DNA of 38,925 nt from a virus (lineage: Duplodnaviria > Caudoviricetes), in the IMG/VR virus record IMGVR_UViG_3300042988_000558, positions 1-38,925 of that record, one strand, 5' to 3'. Of this stretch, positions 16,751 to 25,565 are shown piece by piece. How positions within the stretch are numbered: the first letter of the stretch is position 1; every line of letters begins with the position of its first letter. The notes below the pieces were generated by a model that was given only the letters and a program-made list of their open reading frames with translations, made no database searches and was not told where the DNA came from. The translations under genes were made by a program, and so were the position numbers.

Positions 16751-17224
16751 ATGCTCACGACTGAACAACTCGCAACGCTGCGCGCTGACGTTGTAGGCAA
16801 CGCCGACACTCTGACGCTCTACAACGCGGGCGACAGGGCCGGCCTTGCCGACGCCTACAACGCCAATGCATCGCCTGCGTTCACCGTCTGGAAAACCCAG
16901 GTCACACGGGCCGAGGCGCAAGCATCGGGTTTCGATTGGACCCAGGTGGACAACCTGACGACAGGGCAAGCTCGAATCTGGTTCGATGGGCTGTTCTTGG
17001 ACGGCATGATTGACCCGAGCGACGTAGGCCAGCGTGCAGGAATCTCCGAAGCGTGGAAGGGCACGGCCGCAAAGACGGCGGTTGCCACGTTCGTGCTTGG
17101 CGTGTGCAAGCGGGCGGCATCGCGCTTTGAGCGGGTGTTTGCCCAAGGAGTCGGCAGTGCGGCCAACCCTGGAACGCTCACGCTGATCGGCCCGGTCACG
17201 CCCGAACTGTTCATTGACGTTTAA
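16751..17224 (+). CDS. Hypothetical protein, probably structural
   Basis: 157 aa with GGAG RBS, in the accessory structural cluster. Confidence 0.6.
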   Translation: MLTTEQLATLRADVVGNADTLTLYNAGDRAGLADAYNANASPAFTVWKTQVTRAEAQASGFDWTQVDNLTTGQARIWFDGLFLDGMIDPSDVGQRAGISEAWKGTAAKTAVATFVLGVCKRAASRFERVFAQGVGSAANPGTLTLIGPVTPELFIDV

Positions 17225-17230
17225 GCCGCC

Positions 17231-17848
17231 ATGACGACTACCACACTGACAAAAACGGCAGGCACAAGCCTGCTGACGCACCAAGCAGTCACGCACCCCG
17301 ATACGGTCAAGGGGTCGGCCACCGACGTGTCTACCAAGATGGGCGCGACGGTGTTCCTGTTCCACGCATCGGTTGAGGCTGCAGCCAACACCAATAGCGG
17401 CATTTTCCGTATTGAGGGCAGCGCGTCAGGCAGCGGCGATGAGGATTGGGTGCCGCTGTATCAGGTCGCAGCGACGGTCAGCACGGCAGACACCGAGGCC
17501 ATGACGGCGACGGAGCCGAGCGGTGAAACCGTGCTGGCTTGCGCATCGACAACTGGATTCGTCGCTGGTGACGTGCTCTACATCCAAGACACCGGCACGC
17601 TGGCGGATTCCGAGTGGGCGCGCTGCCAGGAAATAGTTTCCAACACTTCAATCAACCTCGTTGACGGGCTGACAACCGGCAAGGACTCAAGCGACGTGAT
17701 ATGGAATGACGCCGACACATGGGCAATCTACATCGATCTGTCGGCCATCACGCGTGTGCGTGTCGTTTTCCAGCATGAGGGTGCGACAGGAGCGAACTGC
17801 CACGTCAAGGCGATGATGGTGTCGCTCGATAGCGCATCGACTACCTGA
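17231..17848 (+). CDS. Putative virion beta-rich protein
   Basis: 205 aa, Thr/Ser-rich with beta-strand patterning. Confidence 0.6.
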   Translation: MTTTTLTKTAGTSLLTHQAVTHPDTVKGSATDVSTKMGATVFLFHASVEAAANTNSGIFRIEGSASGSGDEDWVPLYQVAATVSTADTEAMTATEPSGETVLACASTTGFVAGDVLYIQDTGTLADSEWARCQEIVSNTSINLVDGLTTGKDSSDVIWNDADTWAIYIDLSAITRVRVVFQHEGATGANCHVKAMMVSLDSASTT

Positions 17849-17860
17849 TCGAGCCCCGAC

Positions 17861-18709
17861 GTGCTGATACTCAAACGGCCGTGGGCGCAGCAGCCGCAGA
17901 CCTATGCGGCCCCGGCCGTTGGCAAGGCAATATCGTTTTTGTGGACCCCTAGCCTTGGCTTGCTGTCGCCTGTACTTGGAGACGTGCTTTCTAACACCGG
18001 CCCAGTCACGTTAAAGACATCTTCCTATGGCGTGACTGCGGATATGGCATCTGGTGCGTATTTGAGGGGGCCGAGTAATAAACCTCAAATCGTAACGTCC
18101 AATGGTGCCGGCACTGGTGATTTCTCGATCCTTACACTCTGCCGGCTCCCATATTCAAGCGCCACTTTTAATCGCGCGCTTGCGTCGCAGCGGTCCAACA
18201 CGTCAGCGACTTTTAATCAGGCAACTATTCAAGGCAACGCGAATTCGGCTGGTGCTGTGACAGCCGGGTCGTTGCACTTTTCGACATATTCGACAGCCTA
18301 CACGGCTGTAGCGGCCACAGTCGCGCACGGTGTGTGGGCAGTTGTTGGCATGTCTCGGATTGGCAGCCTCATTTCAGGTTACTACAACGGCGCGCTCGTG
18401 GCGACCGTATCTGGCACGGCCAGAAGCATAGTCGCGGCGGACTCACAATTTGGCATCGGAGTGGCGCCTCCAAACTTTAGCGGTGTCGAAACGCTCGAAT
18501 CGGCTCTAGTCGCGTGCATGAATCGCGGCATGACAGATGTCGAAATGCGTGAGGCGTATAACAATGTTTGGCGATATTGTTTTGCACCGCGGACTCGCTA
18601 CTTCCCCACGACCAGCGCAGCCGCTGCGGTTCCGACGCTATCAGCCAGCACTTACGTCACCGGATCTTTGACTAGCACCGGCTGGCGCCCGCAGATCACG
18701 GCGAGCTGA
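17861..18709 (+). CDS. LamG/concanavalin-like lectin-domain protein (putative adhesin)
   Basis: GTGDFSILTL...VWAVVGMSRIGSLISGYYNGALVAT pattern; GC lower than flanking genes. Confidence 0.65.
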   Translation: MLILKRPWAQQPQTYAAPAVGKAISFLWTPSLGLLSPVLGDVLSNTGPVTLKTSSYGVTADMASGAYLRGPSNKPQIVTSNGAGTGDFSILTLCRLPYSSATFNRALASQRSNTSATFNQATIQGNANSAGAVTAGSLHFSTYSTAYTAVAATVAHGVWAVVGMSRIGSLISGYYNGALVATVSGTARSIVAADSQFGIGVAPPNFSGVETLESALVACMNRGMTDVEMREAYNNVWRYCFAPRTRYFPTTSAAAAVPTLSASTYVTGSLTSTGWRPQITAS

Positions 18710-18710
18710 G

Positions 18711-19775
18711 ATGGCCGTCACGCTATACTGGATCGTTCAGGCTGATGCAACGGCCACGCCTACTGGCGCGCAGATCGTCGCGGGGCAGGACGGCACAGGG
18801 TCTGCTGCTCTAGCGTCGGGCAGCGAGGCGTACACCAGCGCAGGGAACTACAGCGAAGCGAGCGCGATCAGCAGCCTGTCGGCTGGCACGGCCTATGAGC
18901 AAGCGTGGGTCGCGTATGACGGCTCGACGTATTCGACTGTCGTCACGGCGACGATCACGACGGCTAGCATCGGCAACGCCGTCGCAGCAGTCGGCTACGC
19001 TGTTAGGTCCAGCGGCAGCGCCACGGCCGCGGTGGGCTACCCGGTGCGCGCCTCTGGCTCGGCAACGCTTGCTGCTGGCTTCAGCGTCAACGCATCCAGC
19101 AGCGCCACCGCAGCGGTCGGCTACGCAATCCGCAGCAGCAGCTCGGCAACAGCCGCAGTCGGGTTCGAGGTTCAGGCGTCTGCTGGCGTCGGGTCTGCCA
19201 TCGCTGCCGTGGGCTATGCTGTCCGCGAAGCTGGCAGCGCGACAGCCTCCGTTGGCTTCGCGGTGCGCTTTCCCGAGGCCGCGGCAAGACTGCTTCATGT
19301 CGGGTATGCAGTGCGCGCCAGCGGATCGGCCACGCTCGGCGCCGGCTACGCCATCAACGCCGCAAGCTGGGCCACGCTTGCCGCCGGGTTCGAGATCCGC
19401 GCCGCAGGGTCGGACACGGTGCCCGTGGGCTACGTCGTGCGCAGCGCCGGCTCGGCCGCTGTCGATGTCGGCTTCGGCGTCGGCTTCGGCGGCTTCGCCA
19501 CGCTGCCTGTCGGCTTCCGCGTTGAGGGCGTGGGCGCGGCCGGAGCGGCTGATGTCTGGGCCTACGTCCTGAGCAACGGCAAGACGGCCGAAGAGACGCT
19601 TGTCGAGAACAACGAGATGTTGCGCATCATCATGGCCGCCGTGGCAGGCAAGTCGGCCGGCGTTGGGACCGCCACCGAGACCTACTTCGGCGCGGACGGC
19701 ATCACGCCGCGCGTCATCGCAACCTTCGACAGCGCCGGCAACCGCGCGACGGTCATCACGGACGGAACGCCATGA
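18711..19775 (+). CDS. Fibre-like protein with about 13 tandem 14-aa repeats
   Basis: Repeat consensus VG(Y/F)AVRxxGSATxA; 354 aa. Confidence 0.75.
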   Translation: MAVTLYWIVQADATATPTGAQIVAGQDGTGSAALASGSEAYTSAGNYSEASAISSLSAGTAYEQAWVAYDGSTYSTVVTATITTASIGNAVAAVGYAVRSSGSATAAVGYPVRASGSATLAAGFSVNASSSATAAVGYAIRSSSSATAAVGFEVQASAGVGSAIAAVGYAVREAGSATASVGFAVRFPEAAARLLHVGYAVRASGSATLGAGYAINAASWATLAAGFEIRAAGSDTVPVGYVVRSAGSAAVDVGFGVGFGGFATLPVGFRVEGVGAAGAADVWAYVLSNGKTAEETLVENNEMLRIIMAAVAGKSAGVGTATETYFGADGITPRVIATFDSAGNRATVITDGTP

Positions 19776-19978
19776 CCGGCGAGTTCCGCGGCAAGCAACT
19801 CTTTGCCGGGCGCCTGTTCGTCGGGCGCCTGTTCGGGCCGGCGCGCGGCCAGTTCGGCGGCGGCCTTGGTCAGCGCCCAGACAGGACGATTTCCACGCGC
19901 CGCCTGCGCGAGATCGACGAAGAAGATCAGCTGTTGCTGGTCATGACGCTGGCCGCTGGCGTCGGGGTGCTGTCATGA
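19772..19978 (+). CDS. Small hypothetical protein
   Basis: 68 aa with ATGA overlaps on both sides; LFAGR-LFVGR-LFG repeat. Confidence 0.6.
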   Translation: MTGEFRGKQLFAGRLFVGRLFGPARGQFGGGLGQRPDRTISTRRLREIDEEDQLLLVMTLAAGVGVLS

Positions 19979-20415
19979 GCCTGTTCGTCAAGTTCGAGGG
20001 CCTGTCCGAAGTCACCGGCACACTGCGGCGGCTGCCAAAGCACCTGGAGACGACGACGATCAATCGCATGTCGCAGGTGGCCTATGACGAGGCGCAGCGC
20101 GGCGCCGGCCGGCACGTCAAGACCGGCGCGCTGGTGCAGTCGCTTTTCAACCGCGCCATCCCGAATGGCCGCGAGGTCGGGCACGACCCACAGCGGGCGC
20201 CGCATGCCATCTTCGTGCAGCTTGGCACCAAACCGCACGAGATCCGGCCCAAGACCAAGAAGGCACTGCGCTGGGCCGCCGGCGGCAAGTTCGTCTTCGC
20301 CGGCAAGGTCAAGCACCCCGGATACATCGGCGACGCCTACCTGATCAAAGCCGCCACGCTGGCCGTGCAGGAGTTCTCCGCCATCCTCTCCCAAGCCATG
20401 AAGGAGGCCCCGTAA
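19975..20415 (+). CDS. HK97 gp10-like neck/tail-completion protein
   Basis: KTGALVQSL...APHAIFVQLGTKPHEIRPKTKKALRW...VKHPG...YL motifs. Confidence 0.8.
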   Translation: MSLFVKFEGLSEVTGTLRRLPKHLETTTINRMSQVAYDEAQRGAGRHVKTGALVQSLFNRAIPNGREVGHDPQRAPHAIFVQLGTKPHEIRPKTKKALRWAAGGKFVFAGKVKHPGYIGDAYLIKAATLAVQEFSAILSQAMKEAP

Positions 20416-20741
20416 TGGCCACGACCTACACCTACCCAGACGCCTACCTGGCGAAGTTCGCCACAGAGGAACGCGAGACCCGCGCGCTGGCCGACGTCGA
20501 GCTGATGGCCGGAGACGCCACGCTCAGCGACGACTGGACCGAGCGCCTGACCATCGTGCAGGTCTACATCCTCGCTTGCCTGGAGAACCAGGCCGACCCC
20601 GAAGACCTGTTCACGGCCAAGCTCAAGAGCTACCGCCAGCAGCTCGACACGCTGCTGCCGCAGGCCATCGCCGCAGCGCGCACGGAGGCTGGCACCATCT
20701 CCAATATCGGCTTGATGTCGCTCCCGCTGGAGCGCAGCTGA
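20415..20741 (+). CDS. Putative head-tail adaptor/head completion protein
   Basis: 108 aa, helical, between neck genes. Confidence 0.55.
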   Translation: MATTYTYPDAYLAKFATEERETRALADVELMAGDATLSDDWTERLTIVQVYILACLENQADPEDLFTAKLKSYRQQLDTLLPQAIAAARTEAGTISNIGLMSLPLERS

Positions 20742-21550
20742 TGAGCGCGATGGACACCCTGGGAATCTACCGCGACGCGCTCGGCGCGCTGGCCGGCGTC
20801 GCGTCGTGCAAGATCGGCCTTGAGGCGAACATCGGCCCGGCCGATTACCCGCTGATCCGCCTGGTGCCGTCGCGCCTGACACCCGGCAAACCATATTCCG
20901 GCCGCACGATCGAGACGCTGATCTACTTCGGCGCACAGACGACGCTTTCCGAGGGCCTGGAGACCGTCTACAGCGACCTCTTCGACATCGAGGCGTTGAT
21001 GCTGGCCGAGATCAAGGCCATGGGCGGCCGGTACGTCGAAACGCTGACCGATGAGGACCGGCTCGACGCATACAAGCTGATGACCATCCGCGCCGAGCTG
21101 GGCGATCCGCAGGGCTGGTCGAAGTGCCTGATTGCGTGCTCAGCCACCACCGAGACGCTCGGCGCGTCGCCAGTCGTGCTGGCGCCATTCACGTCGACAC
21201 CGCTCAACAGCGACACCGACGACTGGGGCCCGTCGCTCGTCAACGGGTCTATCACGCGGCTCCTGAACGGCGCGGCCTTGACGCTGACCAAGATCACGGT
21301 ATCTGGCACCGTGGCCGGCGCGAATGCGTCCGAGGTTTCCATCGGCGTCTACAAGGACGGCGCGCTCGTCGGCCATCGCGTCACGGTCGTGACCACCGGA
21401 GCAGCGAACGCCATCGCGTTCACCATCTCTGTCGTCGCATCGGCAACGCGCTCAGTCATTTTCGATGTGCGCGCCACCGGAACGGCCGGCGCCTTCACGT
21501 TCAGCGACGTGACCGTGTCTGCGGAAAAGACGACAGACCGCGCTTCGTAG
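20741..21550 (+). CDS. Putative tail terminator with extra C-terminal beta domain
   Basis: 269 aa from ATG 20741; N-terminal ~120 aa terminator-like (DYPLIRLVP...LIYFG), then a beta-rich extension. Confidence 0.5.
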   Translation: MSAMDTLGIYRDALGALAGVASCKIGLEANIGPADYPLIRLVPSRLTPGKPYSGRTIETLIYFGAQTTLSEGLETVYSDLFDIEALMLAEIKAMGGRYVETLTDEDRLDAYKLMTIRAELGDPQGWSKCLIACSATTETLGASPVVLAPFTSTPLNSDTDDWGPSLVNGSITRLLNGAALTLTKITVSGTVAGANASEVSIGVYKDGALVGHRVTVVTTGAANAIAFTISVVASATRSVIFDVRATGTAGAFTFSDVTVSAEKTTDRAS

Positions 21551-21893
21551 CCTGCTGCTCAGGCGATGGAGTGTCCGTGCTGGCCAGCATGCGCCGGCCG
21601 ACAGGCGAGTCCGGCTTGACCAGCGCCGTCGCGCCGCACGACTCGCACACCAGGCCGCGCGTCGACAAACGCCAGATCGAATAGATCAGGCCCGGCAGCA
21701 GGAACGCCAGCCATAGCACCAGCTCGATCATCAGCGAGCCGCGCGTCAAGGTGCGCGCCGGGCCGCAGTGCCCGCAAGTCGTGCAGACCATGACCGCGCC
21801 TGGCGCCGGCTTGAGCATGCGGAACAGGCCCCAGAACAGGCCGACCGTCATGGCGATGACAGCCAGAAGCGCGATGAATGATGGCAGCGTCAC
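21501..21893 (-). CDS. Membrane protein with LITAF-like CxxC-hydrophobic-CxxC zinc ribbon (moron-like)
   Basis: N-terminal TM segment; CTTCG...LMIELVLWLAFLLPGLIYSIWR...CESCG; GGGAGG RBS. Confidence 0.7.
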   Translation of the reverse strand: MTLPSFIALLAVIAMTVGLFWGLFRMLKPAPGAVMVCTTCGHCGPARTLTRGSLMIELVLWLAFLLPGLIYSIWRLSTRGLVCESCGATALVKPDSPVGRRMLASTDTPSPEQQATKRGLSSFPQTRSRR

Positions 21894-21982
21894 TGGAAAC
21901 CTCCCGTTTCAGTGTGCGGCGATCATATGCCTGTACTGCGCAGAGACGGCGGCGGCGGTGCAAAGGTCAGTCATGCTTGATC

Positions 21983-22186
21983 TCATTGCATAGCCGCATC
22001 AGCCAGCGCCCGCATCGACACCCGCAGCAACCTGCTCAACCGAGCGCACAAACAGATGCCGGGCTCAAGCAGGCCGCGCTCGATGCGGCTGAGGGTGCTC
22101 GGGCTCATGCCGGTGATTCCAGCAACGTCACGCAGGCTCATGCCGAGAGCTATTCGCCGGGTGCGGATAAGGTCACCTATGGTCAT
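21983..22186 (-). CDS. XRE-family HTH transcriptional regulator
   Basis: IRTRRIALGMSLRDVAGITGMSPSTLSRIERG. Confidence 0.85.
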   Translation of the reverse strand: MTIGDLIRTRRIALGMSLRDVAGITGMSPSTLSRIERGLLEPGICLCARLSRLLRVSMRALADAAMQ

Positions 22187-23271
22187 GCTCCAACGCGCCG
22201 GATGAAATACTGCGGATCCCGCCCCGAATTCGTCACCGCCTCTGCAGACGTGCCGCGCAGCACCGCATCGCGTTTCGCCTGGCTGCCCATGATCCGCGCG
22301 GCGATCGGTGCGTCCAGGCGCTGCAGGAAATAGCGGTCGCCGTCAGGGTTCGCTTCCTTCGCCTTCTTGCCCGTCAGGTCCAGCCGCGGCGACATCACGC
22401 ACCGGCAGTGCGGATGGAACGGCGGGCGCGGCGCCAGAGCCTTCGGGTACACCCCAGGCCCCAGACCGTACAGGTCGCGGCCTGTCATCAGCGAGCAGAT
22501 GCAAACCCCGCCGCCTGGCGTGCGGCGGATCTGGATGAACTCCACGTCGGCGTCGAGCATCAGCCGCAGCGCCTCGGCATCGCTGTAGGCCCGGTGCAGC
22601 TCGGTACGCGCGATGCGCGCCGCGAAGTAGCGCATGCGCTCGAAAAAGGCCACTTCCAGGCGCTTCTCCAGCAGCTTGGTCCCTGCCCCATCTTCCAGCG
22701 CGTCCAGGGCCGCCAGCGCCTCGCTGTAGGCCGCGCGCAGGGCCGGCGTGCTCAGGTTGTCCACCTGCAGCCGCGCCAGCGCCCGCTCCAACCCGTCGCG
22801 CATCTTTGGATCGGTCAGCAGCGCCCTGCGCATGTACTCCGGCAGCCGCGGGTTCGTCGGGTTCATCCGCAGCGGCTCGGCGCCCGGATCGCGAAACCCG
22901 TAGCCCTCGAACAGCTCCAGCGCCAGCCGGCGGGCGTCGATGAAGCCCTGCACGTGCCTCGTCACCACGCTCTGCACCGTCTCGCTCACCGACGCGCTTT
23001 CGGCCCACAGCTTGCGCGACAGCGACACGGCGCCGACCTGCAGCTCCATGACATCAGTGGCGCCCACCGCCTGGCCGAGAATGCCAGACAGAGCAACGGC
23101 CATCGTCTCGGCCATCGTGCCCTGAAACGAATCCATGACCTGCTGCACCGCGTCACGCGGCGCCATGCCGCCCTGGATCAGCTTCACCAGCTCGGCGAAG
23201 GCGTCACGCAGCTCGTCGTCCAGGCCGGCGACGGTGGCGTCAAGCAGCGCCAGTTCTTGTTCAGGAGTCAT
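22183..23271 (-). CDS. Head morphogenesis protein (MuF/SPP1 gp7-like)
   Basis: AARIARTELHRAY...CICSL...PPFHPHCRC motifs. Confidence 0.85.
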   Translation of the reverse strand: MTPEQELALLDATVAGLDDELRDAFAELVKLIQGGMAPRDAVQQVMDSFQGTMAETMAVALSGILGQAVGATDVMELQVGAVSLSRKLWAESASVSETVQSVVTRHVQGFIDARRLALELFEGYGFRDPGAEPLRMNPTNPRLPEYMRRALLTDPKMRDGLERALARLQVDNLSTPALRAAYSEALAALDALEDGAGTKLLEKRLEVAFFERMRYFAARIARTELHRAYSDAEALRLMLDADVEFIQIRRTPGGGVCICSLMTGRDLYGLGPGVYPKALAPRPPFHPHCRCVMSPRLDLTGKKAKEANPDGDRYFLQRLDAPIAARIMGSQAKRDAVLRGTSAEAVTNSGRDPQYFIRRVGA

Positions 23272-23501
23272 TTACGCCCGGGTACTTTCACTCTACGCCA
23301 CTCTTTTCTATCGACAAACTTAGAAGTCCATTCGCCACACACGTCGTTATCACAAACATGCGGCTGTATCCAAACTGAATCAATTTGGCTTTCACCTTCT
23401 CGCACTGTCATAGGTGGGTATCTAACGCAATTACCAAGCTCCTCATTAAATAAATACTCTGCAAATCCAATGAAATATTTGCAGTCCTTGCATATATTCA
23501 C
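23268..23501 (-). CDS. Small Cys-rich hypothetical protein (low GC)
   Basis: 77 aa, CKDCKYF...GNCVRYPP...CGEW; AT-rich patch; 4-nt overlaps on both sides. Confidence 0.65.
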   Translation of the reverse strand: MNICKDCKYFIGFAEYLFNEELGNCVRYPPMTVREGESQIDSVWIQPHVCDNDVCGEWTSKFVDRKEWRRVKVPGRK

Positions 23502-23719
23502 TTCTCAGTCCCCATTTGTCCGGCCATGTCGCTCGCCATGTCCACGATCCGCCACGCTTCGATCCGGTCGACAGCGAACCGCACGCGGATGATGCTGCGC
23601 ACGTAGCCGTGCGCCATCCCGCCGCGCAGCATGGCGATAGCCAGCGCCAGGCGCCGGGCGCGCTCCAGCGTGCCGGGGTTCAGCGTCTGCACGCACTGCA
23701 GCAGGTCGTCGGCGGTCAT
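23498..23719 (-). CDS. Hypothetical protein, possibly HTH-like
   Basis: 73 aa from an ATGA overlap with the terminase stop; helical (IIRVRFAVDRIEAWRIVDMA). Confidence 0.55.
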   Translation of the reverse strand: MTADDLLQCVQTLNPGTLERARRLALAIAMLRGGMAHGYVRSIIRVRFAVDRIEAWRIVDMASDMAGQMGTEK

Positions 23720-25119
23720 AGCCCCTGCACCCTGATCCCGGCCGGGCTGGCGTCCTGAATCCCGATCAGCCCGGCGAAGGCGCGCGACAGCGCGTCGACC
23801 TGGTCGTCTTGCTTGCCGTTCGGGAACATGCGCATTTCGTCGATCAGCGCCGCGTTCCACGGCCCGCGCATCATCAGCACATTGCCGACGTTGACCTGCG
23901 ACGCGAGCGGCTCGGCGCGCGTGATCTTGTCGCCCGTCTCCGGGCTGGTGTGCACGCTGTAGCCTGCGAGCTGGCGCGACAGGTGCAGCACCTGGGTCTT
24001 GCCGGCCTGGCCGGGGTCTTGCGGTATCGAGACCCGCACGCCCACGCCGTCGCGGCTGGCCGTGTTGCGCAGCGCCGCGTCTCGCTCGTCCGGACCGACG
24101 CGCAGGCGCACCATGTCGCTGATGACGAACCGGCCGTCCCGCAGCTTGCCCAGCCGGGCGCCGGCCGTCCAGTCACCGTCCGTCGTCGATGCCAAGTCCC
24201 AACCGCGCAGCCATTCGGTCGGCAGCGCCGGCAGAGCGTCGACGATCTGAATCTGGTCAGGCTTGAACAGCCCGCCCTCGGGCGGCGCCGGCCGCTGGCG
24301 GTACTGCCCGGCGAAGGTGTATGGGCTGGCCGTCTCCATGCGGCGCAGATCCTCCACGTTGTGCTTCTCGGGCCACAGCGGGCTGCCGTCGTCCTGCCAG
24401 GCCGACAGGCACAGATGCTCCCACGTCTCGCCGTTGCCGCCGGCCAGCAGCCAGCCGCTTAGGTCGTCCTCGTGCAGCCGCTGCATGATGACGATGATCG
24501 GCGTGCGCTCCGGGTCGTTCTTCCGGCTTTCCAGCGTGTTGCTGAACCAGTCGAGCACGCCCTGGCGCACCAGGTCGCTGCGCGCCTCGTCGGCCTTGTG
24601 GGGGTCGTCGATGATGATGGCGCCGCCGAACCCGTCGCGCATCTTGCCGGCGCCGAATCCGGTGATGGTGCCAGCGGCGCCCGTGGCGTACATCACCCCG
24701 CCGGCGGTCGTCGTCCAGTGCGCGCGGGCCTCGTCGGCCAGCTGCACGCCGGGGAAGATCTCCCGGTACGCCTCGTGCTGGATCAGGTCGCGCACGTTGG
24801 CGCTGTTGCTTGCAGCCAGGGTGGCGCTGTAGCTGGTGTGGATGAACTCGGCGTCCGGCACCTTGCCCAGCGCCCAGGCGATGAACATCACGACGGCCAA
24901 CTCGGTCTTGCTGTACCGCGGCGGGATATTGATGATCAGCCGCCGGCACTCTCCGCGGAAGACGCGCATGAGGGCGTTGCAGATCAGCCGGTGGTGCGGC
25001 GCCCGGCGCCACTGATACCCGCGGCGCTTGCCGAACATCCAACGGGCGAAGAAGTACAGGTCTTGCCGCGCCATCTCGGCGGCGACGAAGCGCTCGCGAA
25101 GTTCATGCTCGGCGTGCAT
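23716..25119 (-). CDS. terL: Terminase large subunit
   Basis: RLIINIPPRYSKT Walker A, IIIDDPHK Walker B, IVIMQRLHEDDL, GWDLA and FPNGKQDDQVDA nuclease motifs. Confidence 0.97.
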   Translation of the reverse strand: MHAEHELRERFVAAEMARQDLYFFARWMFGKRRGYQWRRAPHHRLICNALMRVFRGECRRLIINIPPRYSKTELAVVMFIAWALGKVPDAEFIHTSYSATLAASNSANVRDLIQHEAYREIFPGVQLADEARAHWTTTAGGVMYATGAAGTITGFGAGKMRDGFGGAIIIDDPHKADEARSDLVRQGVLDWFSNTLESRKNDPERTPIIVIMQRLHEDDLSGWLLAGGNGETWEHLCLSAWQDDGSPLWPEKHNVEDLRRMETASPYTFAGQYRQRPAPPEGGLFKPDQIQIVDALPALPTEWLRGWDLASTTDGDWTAGARLGKLRDGRFVISDMVRLRVGPDERDAALRNTASRDGVGVRVSIPQDPGQAGKTQVLHLSRQLAGYSVHTSPETGDKITRAEPLASQVNVGNVLMMRGPWNAALIDEMRMFPNGKQDDQVDALSRAFAGLIGIQDASPAGIRVQGL

Positions 25120-25565
25120 CAGATCCGCCCAGCCACCTCGGCCGCAATCCGCGCGAACTCGTCCGGGGTCATGCTCACCGACTGGATCGGGCCGCCGCCG
25201 GGGCCGGTGACCTGCAGCTTCTCGGTGAAGGCCCCCAGGTGCTTGCCTTCCAGCTCCAGCGCTTTCAGCGCGTCCTTGTGGCTCAGCATGACCTGGGCGC
25301 CGGTGTCCGGGTCCGTGATGACCTGCATGGCATCGTCGCGCACCCGGCCGATGTCAGCCATGACGGCAGCCACGCTGCGGCCGGTCTGAAAAGCCTTCAA
25401 CTGGCGCCCCGCGGCGACAGCTTCCGAAACCTTCCGGCTTGCCAGCAGTTCGCACGCGGTGCGCTCTGCGCGGCTGGGCTTGTACCCGCAGCGGATCGCG
25501 GCCTGCTTGCCGTTCAGGTCGACGAGGTATTCATCGACGAACCGCTGCTGTTTCGGCGTCAGCAC
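25119..25565 (-). CDS. terS: Terminase small subunit
   Basis: LTPKQQRFVDEYLVDLNGKQAAIRCGY...KALELEGKHLGAF; GTG start with GGAGG RBS. Confidence 0.92.
   Translation of the reverse strand: MLTPKQQRFVDEYLVDLNGKQAAIRCGYKPSRAERTACELLASRKVSEAVAAGRQLKAFQTGRSVAAVMADIGRVRDDAMQVITDPDTGAQVMLSHKDALKALELEGKHLGAFTEKLQVTGPGGGPIQSVSMTPDEFARIAAEVAGRI

Noticed and set aside
11241-21980. Actively invertible segment flipped by the serine recombinase
   Set aside because: No inverted repeats seen at the two boundaries, and re-inversion would not give canonical gene order
22183-23271. MuF polymorphic toxin with downstream immunity gene
   Set aside because: The protein ends ~70 aa after the HPHCRC motif with no toxin-like domain, and the next gene is an XRE HTH
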